DNA of 64,000 bases from Candidatus Binatia bacterium. GTDB lineage: Bacteria > Desulfobacterota > Binatia > HRBIN30. The notes under the pieces are model-generated. The model was not told the DNA's origin. It searched no databases and saw only the letters and a program-made list of their open reading frames with translations. Made by a program: the position numbers and the translations under genes. Shown one piece after another: positions 1-10,245 of this stretch. The DNA is taken from NCBI GenBank assembly GCA_038245295.1, contig JBBRSP010000003.1, positions 160,001 through 224,000 of the forward strand, read 5' to 3'. Position 1 is the stretch's first letter. Each line of letters opens with the position of its first letter.

Positions 1-225
1 TCGGACCAGTTCCATGATCGTCAGCGGCGTTGCGCCGACATCGGCGTAGCGCCAGATCAGCATTTCGCCGGCGTCGCGCATCGTCTGCAACGTTTGCGGG
101 GAGTGCGGCACCGGAATGTCTCCGAGGCTCGATGCAAAACCGAGGGCGAAGGCGGCGTCAGCAGGGCCGACGAAGCTGTCGCCGAGAATCCTGCTCGCTT
201 CTTTGATGGATGTTGCGGAAGGCAT
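1..225 (-). CDS. Hypothetical protein, N-terminal part (runs off the window start)
   Basis: Hand-translated open frame MPSATSIKEASRILGDSFVGP... from ATG at 225 with no stop before position 1; lies just downstream of moaA on the same strand. Confidence 0.55.
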   Translation of the reverse strand, partial: MPSATSIKEASRILGDSFVGPADAAFALGFASSLGDIPVPHSPQTLQTMRDAGEMLIWRYADVGATPLTIMELVR

Positions 226-259
226 AGCGCGCGGCTGTATAACAGAGCTTGCCAGGCGC

Positions 260-1249
260 TCAACCGCCGATCTGGTACATACTGCGATCCTCGGTCGAGA
301 CCCCGCGCGCCAGGTGATGGCCCGTCGGTTTGGCTGCCACGGCTTGCAGGAGCAGACTGCCGAGCAACGCCGAGGACGCGCCGCTGCGCAGAGCTGCACG
401 GACGTCGATCTCATCGTCGTTGAGCAGGCAGAGATGGAACTTTCCATCCGCCGTCAGCCGCATGCGGTTGCAGTTGCCGCAATAGGGTTGGCTCACCGGA
501 CTGATCATGCCGATGGTGCCGGACGCTCCGGCGAGCCGATAGTTCAGCGACTCGTCCGCCGGGTGCTGATCGGGAAGCAGAGTGAGGGGGCCCAACGCTG
601 TTTCGATGCGCCGCTTGGTGTCGTGGTTCGAAACGTAATTCGACACCGCCAGGCGTGCGCATTCGCCGCCGCCGAGCGGCATGAGCTCGATGAAACGGAC
701 GTGCCAGCCGCGTTCGACGGTCAGATGGGCGAGATCGACGACATCTTCCTCATTGTAGCCGCGTGTCACCACCACATTGAGTTTGATCGGTGTCAGTCCC
801 GCAGCCTCGATCGCCTCGATGCCGGCCCAGATCTCGTCCAACGTTCCGAAGCGCATGATCTTCGGCAAATGTTCCGGGTTGAGGGTGTCGACATGAACGT
901 TGGCGCGTCGCAGTCCTGCTGCTTTCAAACGTGGCGCTAGGCGCGGCATGAGGATGCCATTGGTCGTCATCGCCAGATCCTGTAGCCCAGGAAGGCAGCC
1001 AATACGGCCGACGATCTCTTCAATATCCGGCCTTAGAGTCGGTTCGCCGCCGGTCAGCCGGATCTTGCGGAAGCCGACGGCAAGCGCCGCGCTGGCGACG
1101 CGTTCCAACTCGTCGGCACTCAGGAGATCGGCGCACTTGGCAAATTTGATGCCGCGGAGCGGCATGCAGTACACGCAGCGCAGATTGCAGTGATCGATGA
1201 CCGAGATACGCAGGTAGTCGATCTCACGCCCAAACGTGTCGCGCGGCAT
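260..1249 (-). CDS. moaA: GTP 3',8-cyclase (molybdenum cofactor biosynthesis, radical SAM)
   Basis: DTFGREIDYLRISV, CNLRCVYC radical SAM motif, LTGGEP, C-terminal CGNCNR..C cluster and terminal IGG. Confidence 0.95.
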   Translation of the reverse strand: MPRDTFGREIDYLRISVIDHCNLRCVYCMPLRGIKFAKCADLLSADELERVASAALAVGFRKIRLTGGEPTLRPDIEEIVGRIGCLPGLQDLAMTTNGILMPRLAPRLKAAGLRRANVHVDTLNPEHLPKIMRFGTLDEIWAGIEAIEAAGLTPIKLNVVVTRGYNEEDVVDLAHLTVERGWHVRFIELMPLGGGECARLAVSNYVSNHDTKRRIETALGPLTLLPDQHPADESLNYRLAGASGTIGMISPVSQPYCGNCNRMRLTADGKFHLCLLNDDEIDVRAALRSGASSALLGSLLLQAVAAKPTGHHLARGVSTEDRSMYQIGG

Positions 1250-1350
1250 AGTCCATCCATGTCGCGGGGGACGCACACTATGTCAAGCGGACAGGCAGCA
1301 ATCGGCCGTCGAGTCGCCGCGTCCAGGATAGGAACGAGCGAAGCCCGTCG

Positions 1351-2676
1351 TCAGCTGCGCCGCGCCCACAGTCTGTACACCGGCCAACCGCTTATGACGA
1401 TGAACAGCCCGGGCCAGGTGTACGAGGGTTTCACAACCAGAAGGTCGAGCATGACGAGACTCCCCAACACGATGTAGATCAACGGTACGACAGGATATCC
1501 CGGAACGCGAAATGGGCTCGGCTCGCCGGTGCGGCGGCGAAATACGAACAACGCCGCGACAGTAAGGACATTGAAGAGCAGGGCGGCAAAGATCACGTAG
1601 TCGAGCAAGTCGCCGTAGCTACCGGATAACGTCAGGGCGGCGGCCCAAAGGCCCTGCATTACCAACGCGACTCCAGGCACAGAATGACGGTTCAACTGCG
1701 CCGCGGCCGCGAAGAAGAGGCCATCTCGGGCCATCGCGTAGTAGACCCGCGCGCCGGCGAGGATGATGCCGTTTACGCATCCGAACGTCGAGATCATGAT
1801 GGCGGCAGCCATCCAGCGGGCCCCGGATTCACCAAGCAACGCTTGCATCGCCGCCGTGCCGACGCGGTCACTCGTCGCATGCATAATGCCGCGCCCGATT
1901 ACGGAAGCAGCCCCGACCTCGCCACCGACCGGCAGTGCCAAGAGGTACACCGCGTTGACTGCGACGTAGAGAAGGCAAACTGTGACGCTACCGAGAATCA
2001 AGCTGCGCGGTACGGTCTGCTCGGGGGCGATGACTTCTTCGGCGGCGAACGTGATGTTGTTCCAGGCATCTGCCGAGAACAATGAGCCCACCATTGCCGC
2101 GCCAAGGATCGGCAGCGCCGCTAGCGAGAGTGGTGTGCCATCCCAGAAGTGTGCGGTATTCAGAGCGCGTCCCGGAGCAGTCCCGCCATACACCACGCCG
2201 ACTAGAACGATGAGTGCCAGTGTGCCGAGTTTCGTCGCCGTCAGAAGATTCTGAGCTCGTCGGCCGGTGTTGAGTCCGGTCCAGTTGGCGGCAGTGAGGA
2301 ATGTGATGACGCCGATGGCAATCACTTGCTGGGCGCTCACCCCGAAAAGAAGCGGGCCATCCATGGCCGGTAACAACACGGCGGCGAATTTTGCAAAGGC
2401 GACCGAGACGGCCGCGATGGTCCCGGTCTGAATGACGGTGAACAGTGTCCAGCCATAGAGGAAGCCGATGCCGCCGCCGTATGCCTCGCGCAGGAAAACG
2501 TACTGGCCTCCCGCGCGTGGCAGGCGCGCCGCCAACTCGCCGTAACTCATGGCGCCAGCGATGGTGATGATTCCAGTAAGAATCCAGACCAGGAGTAACC
2601 AGCCCGCGCCTCCGAGTTGACGTGTGATGTCGGCCGCTACAATGAAGACGCCCGAGCCAATCATGGAGCCGGCCAC
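1351..2676 (-). CDS. APC-family amino acid permease (true start probably upstream, see findings)
   Basis: GSMIGSG TM1 motif, AGGQYVFL, ARVYYAMARDG, about 12 hydrophobic segments. Confidence 0.9.
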   Translation of the reverse strand: MAGSMIGSGVFIVAADITRQLGGAGWLLLVWILTGIITIAGAMSYGELAARLPRAGGQYVFLREAYGGGIGFLYGWTLFTVIQTGTIAAVSVAFAKFAAVLLPAMDGPLLFGVSAQQVIAIGVITFLTAANWTGLNTGRRAQNLLTATKLGTLALIVLVGVVYGGTAPGRALNTAHFWDGTPLSLAALPILGAAMVGSLFSADAWNNITFAAEEVIAPEQTVPRSLILGSVTVCLLYVAVNAVYLLALPVGGEVGAASVIGRGIMHATSDRVGTAAMQALLGESGARWMAAAIMISTFGCVNGIILAGARVYYAMARDGLFFAAAAQLNRHSVPGVALVMQGLWAAALTLSGSYGDLLDYVIFAALLFNVLTVAALFVFRRRTGEPSPFRVPGYPVVPLIYIVLGSLVMLDLLVVKPSYTWPGLFIVISGWPVYRLWARRS

Positions 2677-2800
2677 GATCGCCGTGGCATCCCAGAGACC
2701 TAGCCCGGCGATGAACCGCGGCGGTGTTTCGGGCGAGGTTTTGAATTTCGACGGCGTAAACTCAACCCTCGTGCGGCTGGTCTAGGCGAAGCGACCCGCT

Positions 2801-4246
2801 TCAGCCCTTGGCATCGAGGGTCTTTGCCAGCTCGCTATGGTGGCGTCCGTAAGTGAAGTAGACGACCAGCCCGATGGCGAGCCAGACGAAGAGTCGCAGC
2901 CAATTCTCCCACCCCAGCGCCAGCATCAGGATCAGGTTGCTGATCATGCCGGCGATGGGAACGAACGGTACGAGCGGCGTACGGAAGGGACGCGGTAAGT
3001 CGGGGTTGGTGCGACGCATGACCAAAACCGCAGCGCACACGATGACGAAGGCCATCAACGTGCCGATGTTGACCAGATCGGCGAGCAAGGTCAGGGGAAA
3101 CATGGCACCGACGAAGGCCACCACGAAACCGGTCAGAATCGTCGCTTTGTGTGGCGTACGGAAGCGCGGGTGCACATCGCCGAAGAAGTGTTTCGGGATC
3201 AAGCCGTCGCGCGCCATCGCCAACAAGACGCGCGCCTGACTCAAGAGAAGCACCAGAAGCACACTGGTTATGCCGACGACGGCACCCAGCGAGATCAGAA
3301 ACGTGGCGACCTTGAGACCGTTTGCGTCGAAGGCGGCCGCCACCGGAGCGTGAATGTCGATTTGCGAGTACGGCACCATGCCGGTCAGTACAGCGGCCAC
3401 TAAAATGTAGAGGATCGTACACAATGCCAAGGATGCAATGATGCCGATCGGCACATCGCGCTGCGGGTTGATGGCTTCCTCCGCGTGTGTCGAGACGGAA
3501 TCGAAGCCGATATAGGCGAAGAAAATGTACGCCGCCCCGCGAAAGACACCGCTCCAACCGTAGGGTAGGTAGGGATCCCAATTCTCCACTTTGACATACT
3601 GCGAGCCCAACCCGATCACCAGGGCGACAACCGCCAACTTCAGGATGACCATGGCCGTATTGAACCGAGCACTCTCGCGAATGCCAACGACGAGGAGCAC
3701 GGTGATGAACATCACGACCAGGGCTGCGGGCAGATTGCCGTAGGCGCCCGTCCAACCCCAGTGCAGCGTCACCGGATCGATGTCGAACGGGTTTTGAGTG
3801 ATGGCCTTGGGGAGCTCCAGGCCGAAGAGTTTCAGGAAGGACAGGAAATAATGCGACCAACCGTGAGCCACGGTGCTCGATGCAACCGCATACTCGAGAA
3901 TCAGGTCCCAGCCGATGATCCAGGCTAGGAGCTCACCAAGCGTCGCGTAGGCATACGCGTAGGCGCTGCCGGCGACCGGAACCATCGATGCAAACTCCGC
4001 GTAACACAAGGCTGCCAGGGCACAGCCGAAACCGGCGACGATGAACGACAGCGTCAATCCTGGCCCGGCGTACTTTTGCGCCGCCAAACCCGTCAGAACG
4101 AAAATACCCGCGCCGATGATCGCACCGACACCGAGCGAGGTCAGCGCCAGCGGCCCGAGGACCTTGCGCAGGCGATTGTCGCCTTCCATCTCGGCTTTGA
4201 GAATGGCGACGGACTTGATGGCGAACAGTTGGTCACGTGTTTTCAT
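2801..4246 (-). CDS. APC-family (CAT-like) amino acid permease
   Basis: GAIIGAGIF, CYAEFAS, PVAGSAY, FFAYIGFD motifs; ATG at 4246 (MKTRDQ). Confidence 0.92.
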   Translation of the reverse strand: MKTRDQLFAIKSVAILKAEMEGDNRLRKVLGPLALTSLGVGAIIGAGIFVLTGLAAQKYAGPGLTLSFIVAGFGCALAALCYAEFASMVPVAGSAYAYAYATLGELLAWIIGWDLILEYAVASSTVAHGWSHYFLSFLKLFGLELPKAITQNPFDIDPVTLHWGWTGAYGNLPAALVVMFITVLLVVGIRESARFNTAMVILKLAVVALVIGLGSQYVKVENWDPYLPYGWSGVFRGAAYIFFAYIGFDSVSTHAEEAINPQRDVPIGIIASLALCTILYILVAAVLTGMVPYSQIDIHAPVAAAFDANGLKVATFLISLGAVVGITSVLLVLLLSQARVLLAMARDGLIPKHFFGDVHPRFRTPHKATILTGFVVAFVGAMFPLTLLADLVNIGTLMAFVIVCAAVLVMRRTNPDLPRPFRTPLVPFVPIAGMISNLILMLALGWENWLRLFVWLAIGLVVYFTYGRHHSELAKTLDAKG

Positions 4247-4283
4247 ATCGGCGACAACCCATATGGGAAGCGTAGGCGCTGCG

Positions 4284-5072
4284 TCAACGGACCAACAGCA
4301 ACACCAGCGTGCCCAGAACAATACGGTAGACGCCGAAGACCGAAAAGTCGTGGCGCTGCACGAAGTGGATGAACCCCCGCACGACGATCAGTGCCGCGAC
4401 GAAAGATGCCACGAAGCCAACCCCCAACGTCAGGATATCCCCTCCCGCGAGTTCGCTGCGGGCCTTCCACAGGCTGTAGAGACTGGCGGCGGCCAGAGTC
4501 GGTATCGACAAGTAGAAGGAGAACTGCGCGGCGGCGGGCCGACCCATTCCGCCCATCATGCCGGGGATGATCGTACAAGCGGAGCGAGACATGCCGGGGA
4601 TCAAGGACAGTAGCTGCGCCACGCCGACGATCAGTGCCTGGCTCCACGATGTCGCTTCGACATCACGAAGCTGGCTGCCCCAGTTGCGTCTCTCGATGGC
4701 AAGGATGGCAACGCCGCCGATGATCAAGGACATGGCGACAACACGCGGACTGAACAGATGCTCCTCGATCGCGTGATGGACGAGAAAGCCGACCGCCGCC
4801 GCGGGAAGAAACGCCAGAAGTACCTTGAGTAACAGATCGCGGGCGGTGCGGTCGCTCGGTGCCCGCTGCAGCAGCCCAAAAAGATGCGCGCGGAAATGCC
4901 AGATGACGGCCAGGATGGCGCCAAGTTGAATGAAGATCTCGAAGGTATTGCGTTGCGCCTGTGGGAAGTCGATCCAAGCCGAGGCGAGGATCAGGTGCCC
5001 GGTCGACGAGACGGGCAAGAACTCGGTGACGCCTTCGATGATACCCAACACCAGGGCCTTGAGAAGCAACAT
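4284..5072 (-). CDS. uppP: Undecaprenyl-diphosphate phosphatase (BacA)
   Basis: EGVTEFLPVSSTGH and PGMSRS signature motifs. Confidence 0.95.
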   Translation of the reverse strand: MLLLKALVLGIIEGVTEFLPVSSTGHLILASAWIDFPQAQRNTFEIFIQLGAILAVIWHFRAHLFGLLQRAPSDRTARDLLLKVLLAFLPAAAVGFLVHHAIEEHLFSPRVVAMSLIIGGVAILAIERRNWGSQLRDVEATSWSQALIVGVAQLLSLIPGMSRSACTIIPGMMGGMGRPAAAQFSFYLSIPTLAAASLYSLWKARSELAGGDILTLGVGFVASFVAALIVVRGFIHFVQRHDFSVFGVYRIVLGTLVLLLVR

Positions 5073-5119
5073 GGCTGGTGCTCTTACCGGAGAGCTTCGG
5101 AAGCTGCCAGAGGAGAACC

Positions 5120-5869
5120 ATGGCTGAGATACGTGCCGTGTCGCTGGATGTGGGTTGGACGCTTGCCTATCCGACCAAATCGATGTGGGAAATCTTCGCC
5201 GACCTCTGCAATGAGGCCGGCGCGGTTACTACGGCCGAGAAGTGCGAAGGGTTGGTACGCGCGTTGTGGCGTATGGGTGAAAAGAACGCCGAAGACCACT
5301 TTCGTTCAGGCGCCCAATACGAGGACTCCGATGACTCGTTCCGCGGCCAGTTCAATCAACTCGGCATGATAGTCTTCTCCCAGCTCGGTCTCGACACCGA
5401 CCACTCCGAAATCATGGAACAATTTTACGAGCGCTTCTGGAATCTCGCCGACTGGCGCATCTTTCCCGATGTCCTCGCGGGTATCCGTGGTCTGCGCGAC
5501 CAAGGCGTTCGCGTCGGTGTCCTGTCCAACGCTCCCTCCGATATGAAGCAACTCCTCGAGCACCTCGGCATCCTGCCGCTCCTCGACTTCTGTGTCATCT
5601 CGGCCGTCGAGCGCACCAAGAAACCCGATCGACGGATCTTCGAAACAACGGTGGCGCGCGCCGGTGTTCCGGCCGAGAATGTTGTTCATGTCGGCGACAT
5701 GTACCTCGAGGATATCCTCGGCGGTGGCGCCGCCGGCATTCAAACTCTGCTCATGGAGCGGGGACGCAACGCGTTGTTCCCCAGCTTCCCCGAATCCGAA
5801 GGCCGGCCCATCGATTCGTCGCGCGTGGTCAAGGATCTCGGTGGCGTGTTGGCGCTTTTGCGCCAGTGA
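5120..5869 (+). CDS. HAD-superfamily hydrolase
   Basis: DVGWTL motif I, SN motif II, KP motif III, GDxxxED motif IV; AGGAG SD before ATG 5120. Confidence 0.88.
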   Translation: MAEIRAVSLDVGWTLAYPTKSMWEIFADLCNEAGAVTTAEKCEGLVRALWRMGEKNAEDHFRSGAQYEDSDDSFRGQFNQLGMIVFSQLGLDTDHSEIMEQFYERFWNLADWRIFPDVLAGIRGLRDQGVRVGVLSNAPSDMKQLLEHLGILPLLDFCVISAVERTKKPDRRIFETTVARAGVPAENVVHVGDMYLEDILGGGAAGIQTLLMERGRNALFPSFPESEGRPIDSSRVVKDLGGVLALLRQ

Positions 5870-5962
5870 AACGCCGCGGCCTGCATCCCAGGCTTCGTGT
5901 TGCTTCCGTGTTGACCGTTGCGAGGCGCCAACGCAGCGTGCCACTTCGTTAGCGCGTCCTGC

Positions 5963-7204
5963 TTACTCTTCCACCAGTGGACCGGGATGGAAGCTCACGC
6001 GCATCTCCTTGACGCCATTGATGAAGCACGATCGCAGGCGACGCGGCTTGGCGGTCATCTCCATGCCGCGAAAACGTGTCGCGATGCCGCGGAAAATCTC
6101 ATGCAACTCGAGGCGCGCCAGGTTGGCGCCGAGGCAGAAGTGTTCGCCGAAACCGAAGGCGACGTGTTCGTTGGGGCTGCGGCGGATGTTGAATGTTTCC
6201 GGGTCGTCGAAGATTTCCTCGTCACGGTTGGCTGACGGGTACCACAGCATCACCTTGTCATCGGGACGGATCTGTTGTCCGCGAATCTCCGTTTCGGCCG
6301 TCGCCGTGCGGCGGAACGTGTGCACCGCCGGGGCGAATCGCAGGATTTCTTCGACCGCGCTCGGTACCAGCGTTGGGTCAGTCTCGAGCGCGTGCAACTG
6401 GGCCGGGTGCTCGAGGAGGGCGATCATGCCGTTGCTGGTGACCGTGCGTGTGGTCTCGTTGCCGGCAATCAGCAGCAGCAGGAAAAAGAACTGGAACTCC
6501 AACTCGGTGAGCTTACGCCCCTCGAGTTCGGCGTTGATCAACGCTGTGGCGAGTGTCTCGGCCTGCGTCTCGTGCGCGATGTTCCATAGTTTGCTGGCGT
6601 AGACAAACATCTCTGCGAAGGCGGCCATGGCATCGCCCGGAACAAGCGGTGAGTCGCCCTGCATATCGGGATCGTCGATGCCGATCATCTTGTTGCCGAG
6701 GCCGTAGACGACGCGCCGATCTTCATGGGGCACGCCCATCATGTCGCAAATTACCTCGAGCGGCAGTTGCGCCGCGACCTCTTCCACGAAGTCGCAGTCA
6801 CCGCGCTCGATGACGCTGTTGATGATCCGCCGGACCGTATCGCGAATCGTGCCCTGCATCGCGTTGATGATCCGCGGCGTAAACGCCTGGTTCACCAGGG
6901 TGCGATACTGACGATGCTGCGGCGGATCCATGTTGAGCATGATCGACTGCACTGCCATCAGATCCGAAGCCGGCGGGTCGGCTCGCAATGTGCCCTGGCG
7001 CTGAGACGAAAAGAGCCCCGGGCTCTTCGAGACGAATTTGAGGTCGTGGTATTTTGAGATGGCCCAGAAGCCCGGGCCGTCCGGCTCAGGATGCCAGTAG
7101 ACGGGGGCTTCGCGGCGCAGCACGCGAAACATCTCATGCGGGGTGCCCTGCTGGAATAAGTCAGGATCGGTCAGATTCACTTCGCTCAGTTGCATGACGT
7201 CCAT
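5963..7204 (-). CDS. Cytochrome P450 (CYP125/CYP142-like)
   Basis: AGNETT I-helix, EEILR (ExxR), FGFGEHFCLG heme-thiolate motif; AGGAAGGA SD before ATG 7204. Confidence 0.93.
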   Translation of the reverse strand: MDVMQLSEVNLTDPDLFQQGTPHEMFRVLRREAPVYWHPEPDGPGFWAISKYHDLKFVSKSPGLFSSQRQGTLRADPPASDLMAVQSIMLNMDPPQHRQYRTLVNQAFTPRIINAMQGTIRDTVRRIINSVIERGDCDFVEEVAAQLPLEVICDMMGVPHEDRRVVYGLGNKMIGIDDPDMQGDSPLVPGDAMAAFAEMFVYASKLWNIAHETQAETLATALINAELEGRKLTELEFQFFFLLLLIAGNETTRTVTSNGMIALLEHPAQLHALETDPTLVPSAVEEILRFAPAVHTFRRTATAETEIRGQQIRPDDKVMLWYPSANRDEEIFDDPETFNIRRSPNEHVAFGFGEHFCLGANLARLELHEIFRGIATRFRGMEMTAKPRRLRSCFINGVKEMRVSFHPGPLVEE

Positions 7205-7344
7205 GTCCTTCCTGACCTCAGGAGGACACCCTCGAACGGTGTCGACCTTGGCCAAACGAACGTTTGGTTATTGCTATCTCGGCCGGAGGTCAAGGGGAGT
7301 CGCACGATCACTCGGCGGACCGGACTGGGCAACCGGTTCTGGGA

Positions 7345-9243
7345 TCAGCTGGTGGCTACCCATCGCGCCAGTGCCGCGTATAGGGCTTCACGCCGCAACG
7401 GCTTGGCCACATAATCATCCATGCCAGCGTCGAGGCAGCGTTCGCGATCTCCAGCGAGGACGTTCGCCGTCATCGCGATGATCGGCAAACGCAGGCCCGG
7501 TGGCGCCGTCGTGCCCTCACGGCGGCGAATTTCCAATGTTGCTTCGAAGCCGTCCATCTCCGGCATCTGGCAGTCGATGAACAGCGCCGCGTAGGGCACT
7601 CGCTGAGTGGCTTCCACCGCCTCGATGCCGTTGGCCACGACGTCGACGCGACAACCGGCCGCCTCGATCAGGCGCACCGCCAGGCGCTGATTGACCATAT
7701 TATCCTCGGCGACCAGGACGCGTGTGTGCGGCGGTAGCACCGGCGGTTTCAGGAGGGCGCGGTCGGCCTGCGGTCGCGGCGCGCCGCTCACCCTCGGCAG
7801 GCGCACGGTGAACCAGAAGCAACTCCCTTCACCGGGGCTGCTGTCGACACCGATTGCGCCGCCCATGATCTCGACGAGTTGCTTGCAAATCGCCAAGCCG
7901 AGGCCGGTGCCGCCAAACCGTCGATGCGTCGACGCGTCGACTTGAGTGAACGGATCGAACAGCAGGGCACGCGCATCGGACGGAATACCGATGCCGGTAT
8001 CGCTGACTTCAAAGCGCAGCCGATCGCCGTCGACGTGATGAACCCGAACCTCGACGCGTCCGCGCGCAGTGAATTTGATCGCGTTGCCAATCAGGTTGGT
8101 GAGCACCTGGCGCAAGCGGCCCGGATCGCCGCGCACCCATTCCGCCACATCGTCGTCAATGGCGGCGCTGAGCGTGAGTCCTTTGCGACGGGCTGTTTCG
8201 ACGAGCAGTGCGACGACCTCCTCGATACTTTCGCGCACCACAAATACGATGCTCTCGATCTGTAACTTGCCGGCTTCGATTTTGGAGAAGTCGAGGATGT
8301 CGTTGATGATCGATAACAGGGACTCGGCCGAGGTACGGACCGCCGAGGCAATCTTCAACTGCTCCGTGTTCAGCTCGGTGTCGAGAAGCAACCCGCTCAT
8401 GCCGATTACTCCATTCATCGGCGTGCGGATCTCATGGCTCATCGTGGCGAGGAAAGTACTTTTTGCTTGGTTGGCCGCATCGGCGCGTTCCTTGGCTTCT
8501 TGCAACTGCGCCGTGCGTTCGACGACACGTTCCTCCAGGGCGGCCTGGGTGGCCGCGAGATCGCGCAACGAGGAGTCGACGTTGCGCGCCATCTGGTCGA
8601 ACATCTCGCCGAGCCGGCCGATCTCATCGCCGCCGCGCAAGCCGGTCGCGACGTCGCGTTCGCCTGCCGCGACGCGCTGGGCGCCACGCACCAATCGGTT
8701 GAGCCGCCTCGTCAGACCGAGGCCGATCGCCACGCTGACGAGTGAGATCAGCACGAGCCCGACGGCGGCCAATCGTAAACCTTCGGCCCAGGATTCGCGG
8801 TAGGCCCTCAGCAGAGGAGCGTTCGAGAAACGTACCGCCAGCGTACCCAGCCGTCCCGCTGCATTCGTCAGGGTGCGGGCTTCCCAGCTGGCGTCTGCAT
8901 CCTTGCTGAGCGGAGGTATCGGCTGGTTGATCCACGACTTGTTTGTGCTCGCCACCACCTGGCCGCGATCGTCCGCCAGGACAACAGCACTGATGCGCGG
9001 GTCGCTCACCAGGCGCTCGATAAAAGGCTGGAACTCGGCATATTCCGCTGTCAGAAGGGTGCGTCGTGCGACATCCTCCAGGAGTCCGATCGTCGACGCT
9101 TCCGCCACCTCGATCCGGTGTCGCGTATCGACCAGGGAGACGGCAAGAGTGCGCCACAGCACGAAGGCCATGACGATCGCCTGCAGTACGCTGGTCACGA
9201 TGGCGATGCGATAACGCAACGGCAGATTGCGGATGGGGTTCAT
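7345..9243 (-). CDS. Membrane hybrid sensor histidine kinase (periplasmic-HAMP-HisKA-HATPase-REC)
   Basis: [11 protein letters not shown]-box, NAIKFT, DTGIG, GTGLGL boxes, receiver DCQMP and KP. Confidence 0.93.
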   Translation of the reverse strand: MNPIRNLPLRYRIAIVTSVLQAIVMAFVLWRTLAVSLVDTRHRIEVAEASTIGLLEDVARRTLLTAEYAEFQPFIERLVSDPRISAVVLADDRGQVVASTNKSWINQPIPPLSKDADASWEARTLTNAAGRLGTLAVRFSNAPLLRAYRESWAEGLRLAAVGLVLISLVSVAIGLGLTRRLNRLVRGAQRVAAGERDVATGLRGGDEIGRLGEMFDQMARNVDSSLRDLAATQAALEERVVERTAQLQEAKERADAANQAKSTFLATMSHEIRTPMNGVIGMSGLLLDTELNTEQLKIASAVRTSAESLLSIINDILDFSKIEAGKLQIESIVFVVRESIEEVVALLVETARRKGLTLSAAIDDDVAEWVRGDPGRLRQVLTNLIGNAIKFTARGRVEVRVHHVDGDRLRFEVSDTGIGIPSDARALLFDPFTQVDASTHRRFGGTGLGLAICKQLVEIMGGAIGVDSSPGEGSCFWFTVRLPRVSGAPRPQADRALLKPPVLPPHTRVLVAEDNMVNQRLAVRLIEAAGCRVDVVANGIEAVEATQRVPYAALFIDCQMPEMDGFEATLEIRRREGTTAPPGLRLPIIAMTANVLAGDRERCLDAGMDDYVAKPLRREALYAALARWVATS

Positions 9244-10118
9244 CGGGGCTCCGCCTGTGCCGTTCGCGCCGGGACGGCGCCTTCTCTGGTAGAGGAGCCT
9301 GGGCGTGGTACCTCCGATGCGGCGTCCTCCAGCTTCAGCCAGTCGCCGTTACTTGTTACGCCCCGGCGCACCGCCTCGGTTGGCCAGGCGAGCAAGGCTT
9401 GTTTGAGGCGCTCGCGTTGCGCCGGGGTGACGCGGACTCCCGTGGCAAAAACCAGCGGCGCGTTGCCGCGGCTGCGATCGAGGACGGCATAGTCGACCCC
9501 TTCTTGAACGCCGATCAGGCGCAAATCGTTTTCCGTTGTCGCACAAGCCGCGGCACGGCCACTGGCGACATATTGTAGGCACGCGTTGTGCTGCGCGACT
9601 TGAATGACGGTCACCTCGACGTCGGGATCGATCGACAGACCTCGCAGGCGCCGGAGTGCGGCGGCATTGGATTCGAATTGTGGCGGTGGGACGGCCAATG
9701 TCTTGCCGCGTATGTCGGCCAGCGAACCGAGCGCGGCGTCCAACCGCGTGATGATCAGCAAGGTGGGAGGGTTGGCGAAGCGCAGGAGCGGCGTGTATCC
9801 GAGGCCGCCACGCAGGTCGGTCGATTGCAGCAACACCACGTCGAAGTCGCCGTGCTCTAGGCGCGTCGTAAACCGATCATAGGAGGAGCTGGTTCCGAAA
9901 CGTACCGACCGGCCCAACACTTCGCCCAGGTACTGCGCTAGCGGTGCATAGAAACCCTCGAGTTGGACTAGCGAATGAGACGGGGCGACGCCGAGGGAGA
10001 GCGGAGCGTCGCCGAGCGATGGTTCCTGTGCGGCGGCAATACCGGAAAGGCCGAGAAGGAGCGCCACCAGCAGCCGCCCCCGCCGCCAGCGACGGTTGCT
10101 GAAGTGCAAGCCCGCCAT
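9240..10118 (-). CDS. PhnD/SsuA-like periplasmic substrate-binding protein
   Basis: Signal peptide, [26 protein letters not shown] pattern; stop overlaps the kinase start (ATGA). Start codon uncertain. Confidence 0.75.
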   Translation of the reverse strand: MAGLHFSNRRWRRGRLLVALLLGLSGIAAAQEPSLGDAPLSLGVAPSHSLVQLEGFYAPLAQYLGEVLGRSVRFGTSSSYDRFTTRLEHGDFDVVLLQSTDLRGGLGYTPLLRFANPPTLLIITRLDAALGSLADIRGKTLAVPPPQFESNAAALRRLRGLSIDPDVEVTVIQVAQHNACLQYVASGRAAACATTENDLRLIGVQEGVDYAVLDRSRGNAPLVFATGVRVTPAQRERLKQALLAWPTEAVRRGVTSNGDWLKLEDAASEVPRPGSSTREGAVPARTAQAEPR

Positions 10119-10245
10119 AGATAATTCGAGGTATACCATCATAAGTCGAGCGCCGAAGGAACCGCGCTGCCCGCTGGCTTGTTTCCGGTGGAGTCGATAA
10201 GACGCGAAGCGAATGCCTGGATGGCGAGTCCTATCCCGTCGGCCC

